A stretch of 64,000 bases of DNA, from positions 20,240-84,239 of the forward strand of contig CAZRMM010000006.1 in assembly GCA_964601225.1 (NCBI GenBank), written 5' to 3'. The translations under genes and the position numbers were made by a program. Source of the stretch: an uncultured Candidatus Peribacteria bacterium (GTDB lineage: Bacteria; Patescibacteriota; Gracilibacteria; Peribacterales; Peribacteraceae). The notes beneath the pieces were generated by a model. It was given only the letters and a program-made list of their open reading frames with translations, was not told the origin of the DNA and did not search any database. This document shows, piece after piece, positions 17,836 through 26,970 of this stretch. Numbering within the stretch: the first letter of the stretch is position 1; the number at the start of each line of letters is the position of its first letter.

Positions 17836-18468
17836 TCACTCCCCCTCCAAGAAGTTTTTTTCGCGCTCCTGTTTCTTCGCATCCTCGGTCCAGCGATCTT
17901 TCGGGACGTACGTAAACGCCCGCAAAGGCTTATAGCGAACCTTGCCCTTTGCGAAAACGTCACCGTAGGGAACGCGGACAAAGGAATTCGACACGGTCTC
18001 CGCGACCCAGATGCCGTCTGCGTCGAAACTGTACGCCGCCGCGACGTGGGGCACGGTTTTAAGCGAGCCGTCCTTTGCGCGATACGCGAGCATGTAGGAA
18101 ATCGCCACAGGATCGCCGTCGCGCAGGTGATCGAAGAGAAAACCGATGTCACTCGATTCTTCGACCTTCGCATGCACCGCGTTCAGAAAATTCCGCTGAT
18201 CGGCCGCCGTGGACAACCGTTTCGGATCCTTACCGATGGCCTTTTCGACGGAACTCACATAGATCCCGATGCCGTACTTCTCTTTGAGAATGTTGCGCAC
18301 TGCGAAAAAATAACAGGCGTTGAGCGACTGCTTCTTCAGGGGAAAAACATACGTCGGCGGAAGCCTGGGCTCATACCCGGCACGGAGAAAATCGTCCGGC
18401 GACATCATGGCTTTCGCCCCAAATGGCAGGGCGAAGACCGTGATAACCAGAACGAAGCGGAGGCGCAT
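17836..18468 (-). CDS. secreted protein, possible papain-like (C39-like) cysteine peptidase
   Basis: Signal peptide MRLRFVLVITVFALPFGAKA. A candidate Cys (SLNACYFFAV) and His (VPHVAAAYSFD) sit in the order expected for papain-fold enzymes. The assignment is weak. Confidence 0.5.
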   Translation of the reverse strand: MRLRFVLVITVFALPFGAKAMMSPDDFLRAGYEPRLPPTYVFPLKKQSLNACYFFAVRNILKEKYGIGIYVSSVEKAIGKDPKRLSTAADQRNFLNAVHAKVEESSDIGFLFDHLRDGDPVAISYMLAYRAKDGSLKTVPHVAAAYSFDADGIWVAETVSNSFVRVPYGDVFAKGKVRYKPLRAFTYVPKDRWTEDAKKQEREKNFLEGE

Positions 18469-18483
18469 GCCCGTACTATACCG

Positions 18484-18885
18484 TCACTTCTTGTGCGCGA
18501 TGGCGTTGAGCACCCCGTTGACGAACTTTCCGCCTTCACCGGTGCCATACTCCTTGGCAATATCGATAGCCTCATTCATGACCACCGCCTGGGGAGCATC
18601 TTTATTGAACAGAAGCTCATAGGCGCCGACGAGCAGGATGCAGCGCGAAATAGGATCCATGCGCTCGAGCGGCCACTGTGGGGCGTGCGTTTGGATGACG
18701 TCTTTCAGCTCCTGCTCCTTTTCCACCGTGCCGCGGACGAGGGACTCGGCGAAATCGCGGTCGCAATCCCCGAGCTCATCCATGTTACGACCGAGAGCCG
18801 CGGAAAGATCGCTCATCGAATGTTTCTCGCGCTCGAAGAGCACTTGCATGACGGCAACGCGGGAGAGGTGACGGCGACGGGCCAT
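18484..18885 (-). CDS. nusB: transcription antitermination factor NusB
   Basis: 133 aa. RRHLSRVAVMQVLFE lies at the N-terminus. EAIDIAKEYGTGEGGKFVNGVLNAI matches the conserved NusB C-terminal motif. Confidence 0.85.
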   Translation of the reverse strand: MARRRHLSRVAVMQVLFEREKHSMSDLSAALGRNMDELGDCDRDFAESLVRGTVEKEQELKDVIQTHAPQWPLERMDPISRCILLVGAYELLFNKDAPQAVVMNEAIDIAKEYGTGEGGKFVNGVLNAIAHKK

Positions 18886-18898
18886 GAGAGCTGGATGA

Positions 18899-19084
18899 TT
18901 ACGCCTTCACGCGCGTAATGCCTTTGAGCGCCTTGCTAGCCTTGTTCTTCGGCTCGGCAACGCCGGCATACGGGGAGTTCTGGCGGTTCTGGAGACGGCG
19001 GACTTCCTTCTGAAGATAGACGGAGTGCTGACGGCGCCCGTGCGATTTCGCACGGCGCTTCTTCGGTGTTGGTCGCTTACCCAT
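18899..19084 (-). CDS. rpmF: probable 50S ribosomal protein L32
   Basis: 61 aa and basic. RPTPKKRRAKSHGRRQHS resembles the bL32 N-terminal P.PK.K.SK.R...RR.H signature. There is no Cys knuckle. Confidence 0.5.
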   Translation of the reverse strand: MGKRPTPKKRRAKSHGRRQHSVYLQKEVRRLQNRQNSPYAGVAEPKNKASKALKGITRVKA

Positions 19085-19220
19085 GGTTCTGAGGAGAATC
19101 GATGCCGGGGGCTCTCCGCCCGCGGCGAAAACGGGGGTATCCTACGGAAATTGATGAGAGAAAACCAGGGGAAATGGCGACCAGGCTTCCCAAATCTTGA
19201 ACACAAAAAGTGATCATGAA

Positions 19221-19913
19221 TCAGCCACGCCTGTTGCCGGACACCGCGATCATAAACCGCAGAATTGTGAGGAAGAGATTGAAGATGTCGAGATAGAGCG
19301 AAAGCGCCATCAGGAACGGATTCGCTCCGGCTCTTCCCTGTTCACGGATGCGCTGCAGGTCGTACGCGGTGAAACCGGCGAAGAGCAGGATCGCGGCACC
19401 GGACAGCAACATCTCGAAGGCGCCCGTTCGGAGGCCGGGAACAAATATCTGGAAAAGACCGGCAACAATGATGCCAAGGAGACCGAAAATCAGCGCGCCA
19501 ATCCATCCGCGCGTGTTGATGCCGCTGCGGGCGACAACCGCGCACGCCAATGCCGTCGTCGCCGTGGCACCGAGGGCATTCAACAGGATTGCACCGCCGT
19601 TGGCATACCCCGTGAGAACCATGAGGATATACGGCGTGACCGTAACACCCGAAAGGAGGGGGAAGGCAAGAAACAAGATCGCATTGAGAGGACTATGACG
19701 AGCCCAGAGACGGGAGGTGAGGATGAGCGCAAACTCGCAAAGCGTGCAGAGAAGAAGGATGCCCGTTGTGAGCAAACTGTTTGCGAAGGCGATTCCCAGA
19801 TACACCCCCAGCGTTGTGAGGCCCATGGCTACGCCAAAGAGCGCATACGTGTAGGCCTCGGTAGAGGCTCCGATATCGATAGGCTGACTGCGCGGTACAG
19901 AGAAGGTTGTCAT
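19221..19913 (-). CDS. Bax inhibitor-1/YccA family membrane protein
   Basis: Seven hydrophobic segments. The C-terminal AYDLQRI...LALSLYLDIFNLFLTILRF is typical of the family. Confidence 0.8.
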   Translation of the reverse strand: MTTFSVPRSQPIDIGASTEAYTYALFGVAMGLTTLGVYLGIAFANSLLTTGILLLCTLCEFALILTSRLWARHSPLNAILFLAFPLLSGVTVTPYILMVLTGYANGGAILLNALGATATTALACAVVARSGINTRGWIGALIFGLLGIIVAGLFQIFVPGLRTGAFEMLLSGAAILLFAGFTAYDLQRIREQGRAGANPFLMALSLYLDIFNLFLTILRFMIAVSGNRRG

Positions 19914-19999
19914 GACCCCATTCTATGCCGCCGGGACCGACGGGCAATTCGATCGCCGGTTTTTTTGCAAACATTCATGGAACGGTATGATCGTTCCGC

Positions 20000-21484
20000 A
20001 TGCGCCCTATCGAGATCTCCTTCGTTTCTCTCCTCGTCTCGGTCATCTCCGTACCCATACTCGCGAGTGCGCACGAGGGAGGTTCCTGGATCGTTGACGT
20101 GAATGAACGCGGCTTCTCACCGTCGACACTCACGATCGCGCAAGGTGATACCGTCGTTTTCCGTAACACGGGAACAGCGGCTCACTGGCCGGCATCGGAT
20201 CTTCACCCGACACACGGCGTCTACCCCGCGTTCGATCCGAAAAAGGCGATCCTTCCAAATGATTTCTGGTCATTCCGTTTTACGAAAGTTGGAACATGGC
20301 GCATGCATGACCATCTCGCGGCAAAATTCACCGGGGCGATAACCGTGGAATCGGATCCCGACTTCGTCGACGCCGAAACCGTAACGACGGAGACACCGAC
20401 GTTCGACGAACGTTTTTCCGAAAACTTCGGACGTCTCCTGCTCTTTCTCTTTCCCTCTCAGCGCACCGAATCCCTTAAGCACATGGATGTTCGCAAGATC
20501 ATCGCCGACGAGAAAAACCTGAAACGATGGGCAAAACTCGTGGGCCCAACTGCGCTCCTCGATAATCTTCTCATCGTCACAAACGGAGGGGCTCTGGAGG
20601 ACTGCCACACCGAAGCGCATACGCTTGGACATGTGGCTTACGAAATCGATGGCGACAAGGCATTCGCCGAGGGCAACTCCGCATGTCACTCGGGGTTCTA
20701 TCACGGGGCAATGGAGGTCATGCTCCAGGAACGAGGTACGGAAGATCTGGAGACGACGGTCAAAGACATCTGTCGTTCGTTTCCGACGAATTTCGGAACA
20801 TTCGAGTGTCTCCACGGCATCGGTCACGGTCTTCTCGCCACTCTGAACTACGATCTGCCCGCCGCGCTCGCCCTGTGCAAGACTCTCGAGGACGATTTCA
20901 CGGTGTCCTCCTGCTACGGGGGCGTATTCATGGAGAACGTCGTCACCGGTCTTGGAATCGGCGCGGCGGCAGACCACACGACGCCGTGGCTCAACGACGA
21001 CCCGCTCTTTCCATGCAATGCACTCGACCAGAACGACGCGCCGATTCAGCGCGAGTGCTATCAGATGCAAACGAGCTGGATGCACAATCTGTATCCCGGC
21101 GACTACGGACGCATCGCCGACGAATGCGAGAAAGCGGGAATCCTGGGTATCGATTTCTGTTTTGTCAGCTACGGGAGAGATGCGGCTGGAATGACGCTGC
21201 GAGACCCCGTGAAGATCATCGAGAAATGCTCGCTTATCCAAGACGTCCACCATCGTGAACGATGTCTCTACGGAGGACTGGGGGTGATCGTGGATTTCTG
21301 GGGCGAACGCCTGCGCGACCAGGCAACAGCACTCTGCAAGCTCCTGACGGGAAACGAGAAAGATCTCTGCTACGACACATTGATCGGCAGACTCCCCGAC
21401 CTGTTTCCCGATCATGCGATCATCGGCGAGATTTGTGCCAACGTCGACGAAGCCTACCGCGAAAAATGCTTTTCTAAGATTTAG
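20000..21484 (+). CDS. secreted protein: cupredoxin-like N-domain + Cys/His-rich repeat domain
   Basis: It has a signal peptide. FSPSTLTIAQGDTVVFRNTGTAAHWPASD...GTWRMHDHL looks cupredoxin-like. The C-terminal 350 aa carry repeated C..(H)G.GHG-like motifs (CHTEAHTLGH, CHSGFYHG, CLHGIGHG). Confidence 0.6.
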   Translation: MRPIEISFVSLLVSVISVPILASAHEGGSWIVDVNERGFSPSTLTIAQGDTVVFRNTGTAAHWPASDLHPTHGVYPAFDPKKAILPNDFWSFRFTKVGTWRMHDHLAAKFTGAITVESDPDFVDAETVTTETPTFDERFSENFGRLLLFLFPSQRTESLKHMDVRKIIADEKNLKRWAKLVGPTALLDNLLIVTNGGALEDCHTEAHTLGHVAYEIDGDKAFAEGNSACHSGFYHGAMEVMLQERGTEDLETTVKDICRSFPTNFGTFECLHGIGHGLLATLNYDLPAALALCKTLEDDFTVSSCYGGVFMENVVTGLGIGAAADHTTPWLNDDPLFPCNALDQNDAPIQRECYQMQTSWMHNLYPGDYGRIADECEKAGILGIDFCFVSYGRDAAGMTLRDPVKIIEKCSLIQDVHHRERCLYGGLGVIVDFWGERLRDQATALCKLLTGNEKDLCYDTLIGRLPDLFPDHAIIGEICANVDEAYREKCFSKI

Positions 21485-21587
21485 GCTTTAATTAGAGGAA
21501 ATTTCAGAATTTTGAACACTTTTTGTGATCAAAAGGCGACAGTGCAAGATCTTCCCATGGAAGGACCTTCCGAAATTGCGATTTTTC

Positions 21588-21596
21588 TGCTACAAT
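21588..21596 (+). promoter_or_regulatory. extended -10 element TGCTACAAT (followed by AAGAG)
   Basis: tttttcTGCTACAATAAGAG lies 21 nt upstream of ATG 21618. It is nearly identical to ttttgTGCTACAATAAGAG at 47328..47341. Confidence 0.6.
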
Positions 21597-21617
21597 AAGA
21601 GGATTTTTAGAGATTCT

Positions 21618-22454
21618 ATGCGCTTCTTGCGTACCCTCCCGGCCATCCTCCTGGGAATCACGCTGCCCCTTGCTGCGCACGCCTTCGAATTGAGCAACGA
21701 CTGGGGAATGCTCTGCAATTACATCCCATGTTCGGCGGGAGGCGGAGGGGCTTTCGGCTTGAGCGGTTATGTTTTCTCGAAGATCGTCCTCGCCATGGAA
21801 GGACTTTTCGTGGCAGCCGCGGGTTTGGCCTTATTCTTTTCGGCCGCACGCATGACCCTCCAGAGCTCGGACGAAGGAGCAGTCACGGAATCCCGCACCG
21901 CTTTCCTGTACGCGATCGGCGGTGCCACGGTCGTCGGCTTCGCGCGTTGGATCGTCATGGCATTCGCCCCCTCCGAAACGGGTGCCGCTCTGGTGAACAC
22001 GAACATCATTGTCGCCGGTGCTAATAACATCGTGACGTATGTCCGCCTCGCCCTGGCGACGGTTCTGCTCGCAAACATCGTCATTCAAGCTTTCCGTTTG
22101 ATCGCGTCCCAAGGTCAGGATGAACAGACGAACAAGGCAAAAACGCGTCTTATCGCCAGCTTCATCGGCGTGGGCATCGTGATGCTCGCCAACGTCGTCA
22201 TGGTCGCCGTGAACCCGGAACTCGGCAGTTCCTCGATGATCGCCGAAGAAATCGCCGGTATCGGCAATTTCCTCATCACCCTGTTCGGCTTCCTCGCCGT
22301 CGTGGCAATCATGGCTGCGGGACTCATGCTCATACTGTCCGCCGACGACGGAGTGAAAGAAAAAGCGAAAAACATCATCAAGACGGCCGTCGTCGCACTC
22401 GTCGTTGTGACCGTCGCATACGCTCTCGTCAACGAATTCATCACCCTCGCATGA
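21618..22454 (+). CDS. polytopic membrane protein, three VirB2/TrbC-like two-helix units (278 aa)
   Basis: Signal peptide MRFLRTLPAILLGITLPLAAHA and a Cys pair (LCNYIPC). Three units of TM helix, short polar loop ending in a K/R-A-K-type motif, then TM helix. The track starts upstream at GTG 21525; I prefer ATG 21618, downstream of the promoter. Confidence 0.65.
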   Translation: MRFLRTLPAILLGITLPLAAHAFELSNDWGMLCNYIPCSAGGGGAFGLSGYVFSKIVLAMEGLFVAAAGLALFFSAARMTLQSSDEGAVTESRTAFLYAIGGATVVGFARWIVMAFAPSETGAALVNTNIIVAGANNIVTYVRLALATVLLANIVIQAFRLIASQGQDEQTNKAKTRLIASFIGVGIVMLANVVMVAVNPELGSSSMIAEEIAGIGNFLITLFGFLAVVAIMAAGLMLILSADDGVKEKAKNIIKTAVVALVVVTVAYALVNEFITLA

Positions 22455-23332
22455 ACCGCCATCTCACCCGCATCGGCCTCGCACTCGGCCTCCTCTTCGC
22501 TCCGACGGCAGCATTGGCCGATTACTCGGTGATCAATAACAGCGTCAATCTCGTGGGTGGCATGATGCCGAATCTTGAAGTATTCACTGGCGGATCGCTG
22601 TGCGACGCCATCGACGGACCCTGCGGCTTCGCGGCGATCGCAAGCATGCTCCTGCTGCGTTTCCGCCCGCTTCTGACGATCGTGGGCATCATGGGAATGA
22701 GCTTCGCGGGCATTCGCATGATCATCGCCCAGGAAGACGAATCGATCGGGAAGGCTCGAAGCGTACTGAGCGCCTGCATTGCCGGAATCATGCTCGCGTA
22801 TCTCATTGAACCTTTCCTTGCGGCCTTCTACGGCCAGAGTGGCTCCGTGCAGCAAGGAGGAATGGCAGCGGGTGTTTCGGTGCTCTCCGACGAAGTGGCC
22901 GGCGTCATCAACTGGGTACTCGTCATTGCCGCCTCACTCGCCGTCGTGATGATCATCCTGAGTGCGCTCAAATCGTTCCAAAGCTCCACAAGCGAGGAGG
23001 GAATCAGCAATATCCGCAAGACCGTCATCAGCGTCGTCATCGGCATCATCCTGCTCGTCGTGCGCACGGCACTCGCCGCATCGTTCACGACGGGCAACGC
23101 CGAAAGTCTCATCTCCATCGTCGTCGCGTTCATCGCCTACGTACTCGGATTCCTCGCTCTTGCCGCGGTGTGCATGATAATTTTCGCGGGAGTCCAACTC
23201 GTTCTTTCATGGGGAAATCAGGATGCGATGACCCGCGCAAAGAGCATCGTGATCAGATCGGCACTGGGATGCATCGTTTTCATGCTCTCCCTCGCACTCG
23301 TCCGTTTCGTCATTGAGCCGGGAGTGTCCTGA
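22451..23332 (+). CDS. paralog of 21618..22454: polytopic membrane protein with three two-helix units (293 aa)
   Basis: ATGA overlap with the upstream gene. It has a signal peptide, a Cys pair (SLCDAIDGPC) and the same three-unit architecture, with loops IAQEDESIGKAR, FQSSTSEEGISNIRK and SWGNQDAMTRAK. Confidence 0.65.
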   Translation: MNRHLTRIGLALGLLFAPTAALADYSVINNSVNLVGGMMPNLEVFTGGSLCDAIDGPCGFAAIASMLLLRFRPLLTIVGIMGMSFAGIRMIIAQEDESIGKARSVLSACIAGIMLAYLIEPFLAAFYGQSGSVQQGGMAAGVSVLSDEVAGVINWVLVIAASLAVVMIILSALKSFQSSTSEEGISNIRKTVISVVIGIILLVVRTALAASFTTGNAESLISIVVAFIAYVLGFLALAAVCMIIFAGVQLVLSWGNQDAMTRAKSIVIRSALGCIVFMLSLALVRFVIEPGVS

Positions 23333-23425
23333 TGGGCAGTTTTCGGAAACGCGTCGCGAAACTTTGCGCTTTTATCCGACGCATTCGCGGCATCGAATTT
23401 CAATGGCTTTGTATGCAGAAGCGCG

Positions 23426-24241
23426 TCACATCTTCTCCCGAATCCGCTGGGTAATTTCGCATGCGCGGCGAACTTCCAGCACGTCATGCGTACGGATGTA
23501 GTCGGCACCGCGAAGAACGGCGATCGCGGATGCCGCAATCGTCCCGGGAAGACGATCCAACGTCTTAAGCTTCTCGGAACCGGCGACGAAGGACTTACGC
23601 GACGGACTGAGGAAAATCGACGACCCGAGCGAGGCGAATTCTGGAAGGCGGGCGATGATCTCGAGAGACGGTCCTGGCAGGCTCGAAACGAAGTGCCCGA
23701 GGCCGGGATCGAGAATAACTTGCTCAGCACGCACGCCGGCGGCGACGGCCGCGTCCTTGCGCTCGGCGAGGAACGCTTTGACCGTGACGACAATGTCGTC
23801 GTATTCCACGTCCGCGATCGTAGTGCGCGGAGACGCATCCTTGCTATACATAAGCACCAAAGAAACGTCGGGGTACCTCGCGAGAACATTGAACATTGCA
23901 GGATCGGACCGTCCCGCGGTGACGTCATTGACCATGCGGACGCCGAGCACGATCGCCTCCTCGGCAAGACTCGATTTATACGTGTCGATCGAAAGTCGCG
24001 CCGCCGGAAACGTCGCCCGGATCGCCTCGATCGCGGGCAGGACGCGCGCTCGCTCCTCATCAAGGGAGACACCGGGGGAATTCGGCCCCGTCGATTCGCC
24101 GCCGATTTCGATAATGTCCGCACCGTCGCGGACCAACTTTTCCGCCTGCGCGAGCGCGGACTCAGCACCGACGTACTTCCCGCCGTCGTGGAAGGAATTC
24201 GGGGTGACATTGAGGACGCCGACGATCTGAGTCGCATGCAC
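23426..24241 (-). CDS. folP: dihydropteroate synthase
   Basis: VGVLNVTPNSFHDGG, DIIEIGGESTGP, LSIDTYK, MVNDVT and ILDPGLGHF are the DHPS motifs. Confidence 0.9.
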   Translation of the reverse strand: MHATQIVGVLNVTPNSFHDGGKYVGAESALAQAEKLVRDGADIIEIGGESTGPNSPGVSLDEERARVLPAIEAIRATFPAARLSIDTYKSSLAEEAIVLGVRMVNDVTAGRSDPAMFNVLARYPDVSLVLMYSKDASPRTTIADVEYDDIVVTVKAFLAERKDAAVAAGVRAEQVILDPGLGHFVSSLPGPSLEIIARLPEFASLGSSIFLSPSRKSFVAGSEKLKTLDRLPGTIAASAIAVLRGADYIRTHDVLEVRRACEITQRIREKM

Positions 24242-24337
24242 GGAACGACTCTAGCGCGAGGGGATGCAAATCGGAACGGGGGGCACCGGTTTTTCCTTGG
24301 AGGAATATCGAACGGAATTTAGAGTCGCGTATTCAGC

Positions 24338-25342
24338 ATGCAAGACGAACGCGTTCTCATCCTCACCGACCTCCACCTTGGCGGCGTTCGCTGGAAACCG
24401 AGAGACGGTCAACCCGATCACTATGGGGAAATCGCCGAAACGGACGACGAGCGGGCGGCGCTGAAAACGAGGGCCGTTGAAGCAGCCTTTCGCTACGCAA
24501 TACGACAGGGGGTCCATCATTTACTCCTCGGCGGCGACGTCCTTGACCAGTCGGGAGACGAGAAAGGCATTCGCCAAGAAGCGAGCCACCTGCGCGATCT
24601 CATCGTCGATGCCAATCTCTCGACGGCTTCCACGGACGGGAATCATGAAGAACGACTCCGGAAAGCGAACCACGAACTGACCATTCCCAAACTCTTCGGC
24701 AACTCGGTGCGACATGATCCTCACTTTATCTCTAGAGAAAAAATCGTGACCGTACTGCATGGCCATCAATTTGATCACGCGACTCGCAATACCCATGCGC
24801 ACGAATGGCTGGGACATCAGTCGATCCCGGAAGCTATCGATGTACACACGATCGGCAACATGCTCGATTGGCTCTCTCTGGCCGCGTTCCGATCCTCGTC
24901 GCATCTGCTCGGACTGAACGGCAACAATCTTGCGGAGCTGCCGACGGTCGATGAATGCCGAAAAAAATTCCTCTCCTGCCTCGCCTTTTCGCGAAAAAAA
25001 ATGAATGGAAACGGACAATCGCCGGTGCCCCCGTGTCTGCGAGTCATCCGCGAAACGGTCGGCGCGCACTTGGCTTCATTCACGCATTCCAATGCGGTGG
25101 TACTCGGGCATTCGCATCATCCGCGGCTCTTTGAGACAACGGTCATAACAAAAAAGGGGAAATGGCGAAAAATTCTCGTGGGGAACGCGGGCGGCTTCAA
25201 GGAACCGCTCAAACCCATTACGGCCATCGAGGCAGGAGCGGATTCGCTGACGCTGCTCGAGTACGTCGCGAACGGACGCAACGACGGAAACTTCGTCCGC
25301 TCAAAGAGCATTCGACGGGAACCTGACCCCGTCCGCGAATGA
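24338..25342 (+). CDS. calcineurin-like metallophosphoesterase
   Basis: Motifs appear in the expected order: LTDLHLG, GGDVLD, GNHE, HGHQFD, GHSHHP. Confidence 0.7.
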   Translation: MQDERVLILTDLHLGGVRWKPRDGQPDHYGEIAETDDERAALKTRAVEAAFRYAIRQGVHHLLLGGDVLDQSGDEKGIRQEASHLRDLIVDANLSTASTDGNHEERLRKANHELTIPKLFGNSVRHDPHFISREKIVTVLHGHQFDHATRNTHAHEWLGHQSIPEAIDVHTIGNMLDWLSLAAFRSSSHLLGLNGNNLAELPTVDECRKKFLSCLAFSRKKMNGNGQSPVPPCLRVIRETVGAHLASFTHSNAVVLGHSHHPRLFETTVITKKGKWRKILVGNAGGFKEPLKPITAIEAGADSLTLLEYVANGRNDGNFVRSKSIRREPDPVRE

Positions 25343-26742
25343 TGTACCATGACGGCATGGCCATCGATCCCCATATTTTTCGCGCGTACGACATCCGCGG
25401 AAAGGCATATAGCCAACTCTCGTCCGACGCCTGCGAGAAGATCGGCGCTGCGTTCGGCACGGTGCTCCGAAGAAAGACCGGCAAACCGCATCCGACCGTG
25501 ATCGTAGGTCGGGACGCGCGCACGCACGGGCCCGAGCTGCAGGCCTCTCTCATCAAGGGACTGGTCTCAACCGGATGCCACACAGAGGAAATCGGCCCCA
25601 CGCCGAGTCCTGTCTGCTATTTCACGATCTGCGCCCGAAACGCCGACGGCGGCGTGCAGGTGACCGCGAGCCATAACCCCAAAGAGGACAATGGCCTCAA
25701 ACTCTGCACCGCGAACGCGCAAGCCCATAGCGGTGAAGACATCCAGGAGCTCCGACGCATGATCGAAAAGGGAGACTTTGAAACCGGCAAGGGATCCACG
25801 AAGACGATCGACGCGACGAGGCCCTATGTGGAGTACGTTTCCTCGCTTTTCGCGGGCGTCGGAGAAGGACTTTTTGTCAGCATAGACGGTGGCAACGGCA
25901 TCGGCGGACCGACGAACGTGGAAGTGCTCCGTCGCATCGGCGCCGGGGTGAGCGAACTCTATACCGAGCCCGACGGCACGTTCCCCAATCACCCTGCCGA
26001 CCCGAGCAAGCGATCGACACTCAAGGAACTCCAGGCGGACGTCTTAAGCGAGGACGCGGCCGCGGGATTCGCATTCGACGGGGACGGCGACCGCTTGGGC
26101 GTCGTGAATGAGAAAGGCGAGATTTTGTCCGCAGACGAAATTCTTCTTCTTCTCGCGAAGGACCACCTCTCGCGACATCCGGGTGCGACGGTTGTCTTTA
26201 CCGTAAGCAACTCCGGGATCCTGCAGAGCGAGATCGCCGCGTGGGGCGGCAAACCCGTGATGTGCAAAGTCGGACACTCCTTCGTAGAGCACGCGATGCA
26301 CGAGGCGGGTTCGCTCCTCGGCGGGGAGCAATCGGGGCATTTCTTCTGCGGCGAGGGCTACCATCCGTACGACGATGCGCTCGTAGCGGCGTTGCGGCTG
26401 CTCTCAATCCTCAAGCGAGAGAAAAAGCCTCTCTCCGATCTCACCGCGAAATTCCCGCGCGTGTTCCAGGCAGACGAGATGCGCCCCTTCTGTCCCGACG
26501 ATGAGAAGGGAACGGTGATCAAGGCGGTAAGCGATCACTTTGCGAAGGAGTTTCCCGTGCTCACCCTCGACGGCGCGCGCATCGACTTCGGCGACGGCGC
26601 CTGGGCGGGTATCCGCCAGAGCAACACGAGCCCCTGCCTCTCGATCTGTCTCGAGGCCCGGAACCCCGAAAAGCTGGCAGAGATCGAGACGCTGGTTCTG
26701 AGCCATATGAAGAGCTATTCCGCAGTGGATTTTACGAAGTAA
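25339..26742 (+). CDS. phosphoglucomutase/phosphomannomutase family protein
   Basis: The phosphoserine loop is TASHNPKEDNGLK, the metal loop is FDGDGDRLGV and the sugar loop is GGEQSGH. ATGA overlap with the upstream gene. Confidence 0.85.
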   Translation: MMYHDGMAIDPHIFRAYDIRGKAYSQLSSDACEKIGAAFGTVLRRKTGKPHPTVIVGRDARTHGPELQASLIKGLVSTGCHTEEIGPTPSPVCYFTICARNADGGVQVTASHNPKEDNGLKLCTANAQAHSGEDIQELRRMIEKGDFETGKGSTKTIDATRPYVEYVSSLFAGVGEGLFVSIDGGNGIGGPTNVEVLRRIGAGVSELYTEPDGTFPNHPADPSKRSTLKELQADVLSEDAAAGFAFDGDGDRLGVVNEKGEILSADEILLLLAKDHLSRHPGATVVFTVSNSGILQSEIAAWGGKPVMCKVGHSFVEHAMHEAGSLLGGEQSGHFFCGEGYHPYDDALVAALRLLSILKREKKPLSDLTAKFPRVFQADEMRPFCPDDEKGTVIKAVSDHFAKEFPVLTLDGARIDFGDGAWAGIRQSNTSPCLSICLEARNPEKLAEIETLVLSHMKSYSAVDFTK

Positions 26743-26817
26743 ATTGCGGATTGCGAAATCCGTCATTTCTCTTGCAGAAGCCTTTCATCCTGATCACCTT
26801 TTTGATACAACTATCAC

Positions 26818-26970
26818 ATGTGGCCGTTTCGCCGAGCAAAGAAGGAGAAGAAAGGACGCATTGTCCAGAAAGTCGTCGTGGGCGTCATCATCGGCGGCGC
26901 CATCGGCTCGATCATTGGGAAGAAGATCCTCGAGAAGCACGAGCGAGAGAGGGAGGAAGATGGGGATTGA
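26818..26970 (+). CDS. small single-TM protein (50 aa), below the ORF-track length cutoff
   Basis: Manual translation gives MWPFRRAKKEKKGRIVQKVVVGVIIGGAIGSIIGKKILEKHEREREEDGD. TGATACAAC (26803..26811) lies 6 nt upstream of the ATG, the leaderless-type arrangement seen elsewhere in the window. Confidence 0.4.
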   Translation: MWPFRRAKKEKKGRIVQKVVVGVIIGGAIGSIIGKKILEKHEREREEDGD

